A stretch of DNA of 63,909 bases, the filler included, from Folioceros fuciformis (taxonomy: Eukaryota), in the NCBI GenBank assembly GCA_049999805.1. It is 12 parts of 12 records of this genome, joined end to end, with 100 filler letters (N's around TTAATTAATTAA, not from the genome) between each part and the next. Parts side by side here need not be neighbours in the genome. Positions count along the whole stretch, not along the records: positions 60,244 to 62,565 come from JBNGIO010001521.1; positions 62,666 to 63,909 come from JBNGIO010001679.1; 10 more parts are not named here. One strand, 5' to 3'. The notes beneath the pieces are model-generated. The model saw only the letters and a program-made list of their open reading frames with translations, was not told the DNA's origin and ran no database searches. Positions 60,244-63,909 of the stretch are shown piece after piece (position 1 is the stretch's first letter; the number at the start of each line of letters is the position of its first letter). A program made the position numbers and the translations under genes.

Positions 60244-62565
60244 GCTGGATTCAGCCCGCAGCCTGCCTGGGTCCGCTCCAACCTCATTCGTAGCCGGCTA
60301 GCCAGGCAGCTGCTAGCCCGGCCACCCACCCTATTGCCTATCCTGCTGCCGGCCCGGGCTAGCTTGCTAGCTATGCCCTTCAGCAGCCCGCCAATCTGTC
60401 AGCAGCTCCCCAGCAGTTGCGGTCAATGGTCTGGGCAGCCAGCCTCCAGCGCCCAGCCAAGTCGACTGCGCCCTGCCTGGCCGGTCTGCTGGCCGGCTAG
60501 ATCTAGCCCGCAAGCTAGCTAGACCTGACAGCTAGCCCCCCCTGCCAACCTACGACCTGCCGGCTGCCTACCTGCGCCAGTGCTGGGTCGCCTGCCTGGC
60601 TCCAGGATCTGCTGGCCAAGTAGCTAGGCCGACTCCCGCTGCTGCCTGCCTGCCTGCAACTCGATCGGCTGGGCTGGCCACTGCCGAGCCGATCTGGTTG
60701 CCCGCATGCTCATGGCCCGGCTGCTTGCACCCTGCATGGCCGGTCCGGATCCAACCCAGCTGCCGGCCTGCTGACAGGCCAGGCTGCCTGCTGCCCCTTG
60801 CGCCTGCGGCCAGCCGGCCCGCCCAATCCAACCCGATCCTCAGCTTGGATCCGACCCCGGCCTGCGACGCCCGCGGATCCAGCACCGCCCGCCTAGCCTG
60901 GATCCGACTGCAATTGAGCCGCCTGCCAGCTCCCAGACTCGGCCATGGCCTCAACCAACCTGGATCCACCTGCAGCCGACCCACTGCCAGCCCTCCTAGC
61001 AGCCTATTGCCGGGCCGCTTGCCAGAGGCCGCAAGCTGGCCTCCCTCCTTCCGGATTTGGCCATGCAGCCAACTTGCTTGGCTTGGCTGCTTGCTAAACC
61101 AGTCCGCCCAGAGCTAACGCCGCCGCCTGTCACCTGTTCCAGCCATGCCCAGCCAGCCAGCTCGGCGGGGCGAGCAGCCAGACCGCTGCTAGCCTAGCCC
61201 CCTGCTTTGCCGACCAACCCGGTTGTCTGGCGGGCTAGATCCGCTAGCCCCCCAGCCGCCGCTAGTCACCTGTTCCAACTAGAAGGCCATGTCGCGCAGC
61301 AGCCGCATAGCTGCATGCCTACCTAGCCTGTCTACCAAGCTAGGTCACTAAGCTTCCGCCTGCCTGCGATCTCCTTGGCCTTCGGCCCAGGAGCAACAAT
61401 CCTAGCCTTAATTTGTCCTTGACCTATGGCCAAGAGCAAGGCTACAAAAAGAGACTAGGTTTGCCTAAGAGAGGCAGACCCGAAACCCGTCAACAGGTGA
61501 AATCAAGCTGGAAAATTCTCCCAACCTGGCAATGCAACGAACCACAAGAACCTCTAGGAGACAAAGACACAGCAGGGACGAAGTATGGCTGTCTATTGGA
61601 ACAAGACAAACATCAACAATCCGAGAATCCATGGCTGGGTGCCTACATATATAGGCAAAAACCCCCAGGAGTTCTCGATGAAGTGTCCACCCGTATCGAT
61701 GGTGGGCACTTTATAATCCTACTTTCCTTGATTTATGATTTTTATGTATTTTCTAATATCTTCTAATATAAATCTGCTATCTATATATGCGGCATAGCAC
61801 CGCGCCTTTCATGCACAACCATGCATATAGGTTGCATGCGCCATGACACATCACCTGCCACATGTCCACATACATCACATGTCATCCTTCATCTCCATAT
61901 GCATGCATACATGGCACACATGCATATATGGCATACATGTCATGTGCAGGCCATCCATGGGCCATGTACATGACATCATCAAGCACTTCAGCATCAGGGC
62001 TTATGCCCGAGATGCTCCAGTCAGTATCTAGTCATTTCAGCATTCAGGGCTTATGCCCAGGATGCTCTAGTCAGTATCCAGTCATAGAGTCTTAGGTGCT
62101 CTGTTTCCCATACAGCAACAGCATGACAGCCACCTGAGCGTGCTAGCTAGCCGGCCTGATCTGCTGGGTGGCCCGCCATCTCTTCAACAGCCGGGCCGCT
62201 GCTGGCCAGGCCGCCTGTCGGGCTGCTGCTGGCCCGGCCAGCCACCCAGACCACCTGCCACTCCCGGATCCACCCCTGGCCAAATCTGCCAGCCAGAGTC
62301 TGGTTGCTGTTGGCCCCCGATCCGACCACATCCAAGCCACCACCTCGGATCCCGCCGGTCTGCTAATCCGGCCAGCTGTTCTGCCGCTACCCGGCCTGCC
62401 TACCTACACTCCGGCAGGCCTTCCGCCTACTACCCTGTGTGGAGCCAACTTGCGGTCACCCCGGCCTGTTGGATCAAGCTGAGGCTTGCAGCCGCCGATC
62501 AGCCGGCCTATCGAGAGTCCCACCGCAGCAGGTCGGCCCGCTTGCCGACCAGGATCCAAGCGCGG
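60244..62565. repeat. Degenerate GC-rich simple-motif repeat with a central AT-rich/CATG-rich block; probably TE-derived
   Basis: Dense GCCGGC, GCCAGC, GCTAGC and GGATCC motifs at 60244-61390 and 62130-62565, a CATG/ATGCAT-rich block at 61800-61975 and a ~49-bp duplication at 61987-62085. No credible protein. Confidence 0.6.
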
Positions 62566-63909
62566 NNNNNNNNNNNNNNNNNNNNNNNNNNNNNNNNNNN
62601 NNNNNNNNNTTAATTAATTAANNNNNNNNNNNNNNNNNNNNNNNNNNNNNNNNNNNNNNNNNNNNTATAACCTACTTTAGGGTTAATTAACCGTAGTTAT
62701 GAAAAGACACTTTGTATAAATTGTACTTTTTTTTATGTGAGTTTAATTAATTTTTTTATTGTGCACTAGCTCTTTCCTTCTAGCAAAAACCTCGTCACAG
62801 GCAACATATTTTTAGAGCTACTATTCCACCTTGGAAACATTATTGAAGCAAGGTTGCACTTTAATAGTCCACACTTCTAAGCCCCTCCCCATCTTAAAAT
62901 CTTAGCAAATCAAAAGCTTGCACATTCACATCATTGTTGAACAAGAGGTCATGTTGCCTTGCATGTTGTTATGCAGTTAGTGCATAGTTGTTGTGTGTTA
63001 TTTCTGTCTAAGTACGATTTGTATTTGAGCAATTCAAATCGATTGCCTGATAGTTGGGATGCACTAAGTGAACCAAAGGTAAGTAGCATTGCCATTCACT
63101 TACAAGGTCACATGTGAATGAGTTTTGGGTTTAGGGAAACAATCGAATGAAGCAAAAACAAAACAAACACAACCTTGTTCCGAACAAAATAATTCCTACA
63201 AGATCCGCATTAGAACTCAAGTAGAGAAATCCTACACCTACAGAGCGGCTTATAGCTAGCCCATCCTAACCTTGCACACCTCCATCCCCATTAGTAGCCT
63301 CCACTTTTGGAATATACTCTTTTATAGTTGTCCTCAACTTCTGTAGATTTCCCTTCAAGGTCTCTACTATGCCACTATTGTTGCATCACAAAGAAAAAAT
63401 GTCTTCATCAATGGTGATGGCCTGATTTGGATGCCCTGATGGCCACACACTAGTCATCCGATTATGTTGATTAGGATGAAAATACCGAACCGTATGTGAT
63501 ACCCGATTCGTATTGGTATTCCACAGCCCCACTCCGAGTCCATGGATTTGAAAACTTCCATTTTGAGTACGAAAAGCTGTTTGAAAATGCATGGACAGAT
63601 AACGGGGTGCAAAATCCGGGTATACAACGGGAACCAGAAACTAATGTTGCTATGTCGGGTGTATATCATTCAATTTTGCACCAGCCTATATCGTGAAGCC
63701 ATGGCACAACTGAACGACCTCAGGTTGTGGGCCCTGAAGGAAAAGCCACCACCAAGGGAAGGACGCTAGATGCCGATTCAACGATGCAAGGGGGGGGATT
63801 AGGAAGGAAGACCTTAGGAGCCACAAAGAGTAGATAGTAAGATATTTTGTACTGAGAGGAGAAGAGGGGTTTCCAAAGCTTTTCAGTGGAATATCTAGAC
63901 TAGCGAGAT

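Noticed and set aside
60568-61117. ORFs in the GC-rich repeat contig
   Set aside because: Pro/Ala/Arg/Gly-rich translations of simple repeats on both strands, with no domain signal.

Overview
Eukaryotic plant nuclear DNA. The short (~80-290 bp) GT-AG introns, compact gene spacing and gene content suggest a non-seed land plant such as a bryophyte or hornwort (inference). The window is not contiguous: it is 12 contigs joined by an artificial 100-bp linker (44 N + TTAATTAATTAA + 44 N). Contigs are 1-9752, 9853-11762, 11863-17660, 17761-19596, 19697-22281, 22382-24207, 24308-36227, 36328-52521, 52622-55013, 55114-60143, 60244-62565 and 62666-63909. Four gene-rich contigs carry YRDC, an AIG2-like GGCT, RPAP3-like, WD40, CENP-O, a KANSL1/PEHE-like protein, alpha-expansin, PHT4;6, a MAPKK, RRP17/NOL12, a cyanobacterial-type DUF815 AAA+ ATPase, TBL and a NIPA-like C3HC gene, plus a tandem pair of unrecognised genes. 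Most other contigs are nested LTR retrotransposons. These include one structurally complete Ty1/Copia element (2525-9004, with LTRs, PBS, PPT and TSD). The most unusual signal is in that element: an extra 373-codon ORF upstream of gag, whose C-terminal motif is conserved, with many synonymous changes, in a second diverged copy in this window. All family assignments are from motif recognition by eye, not database searches.
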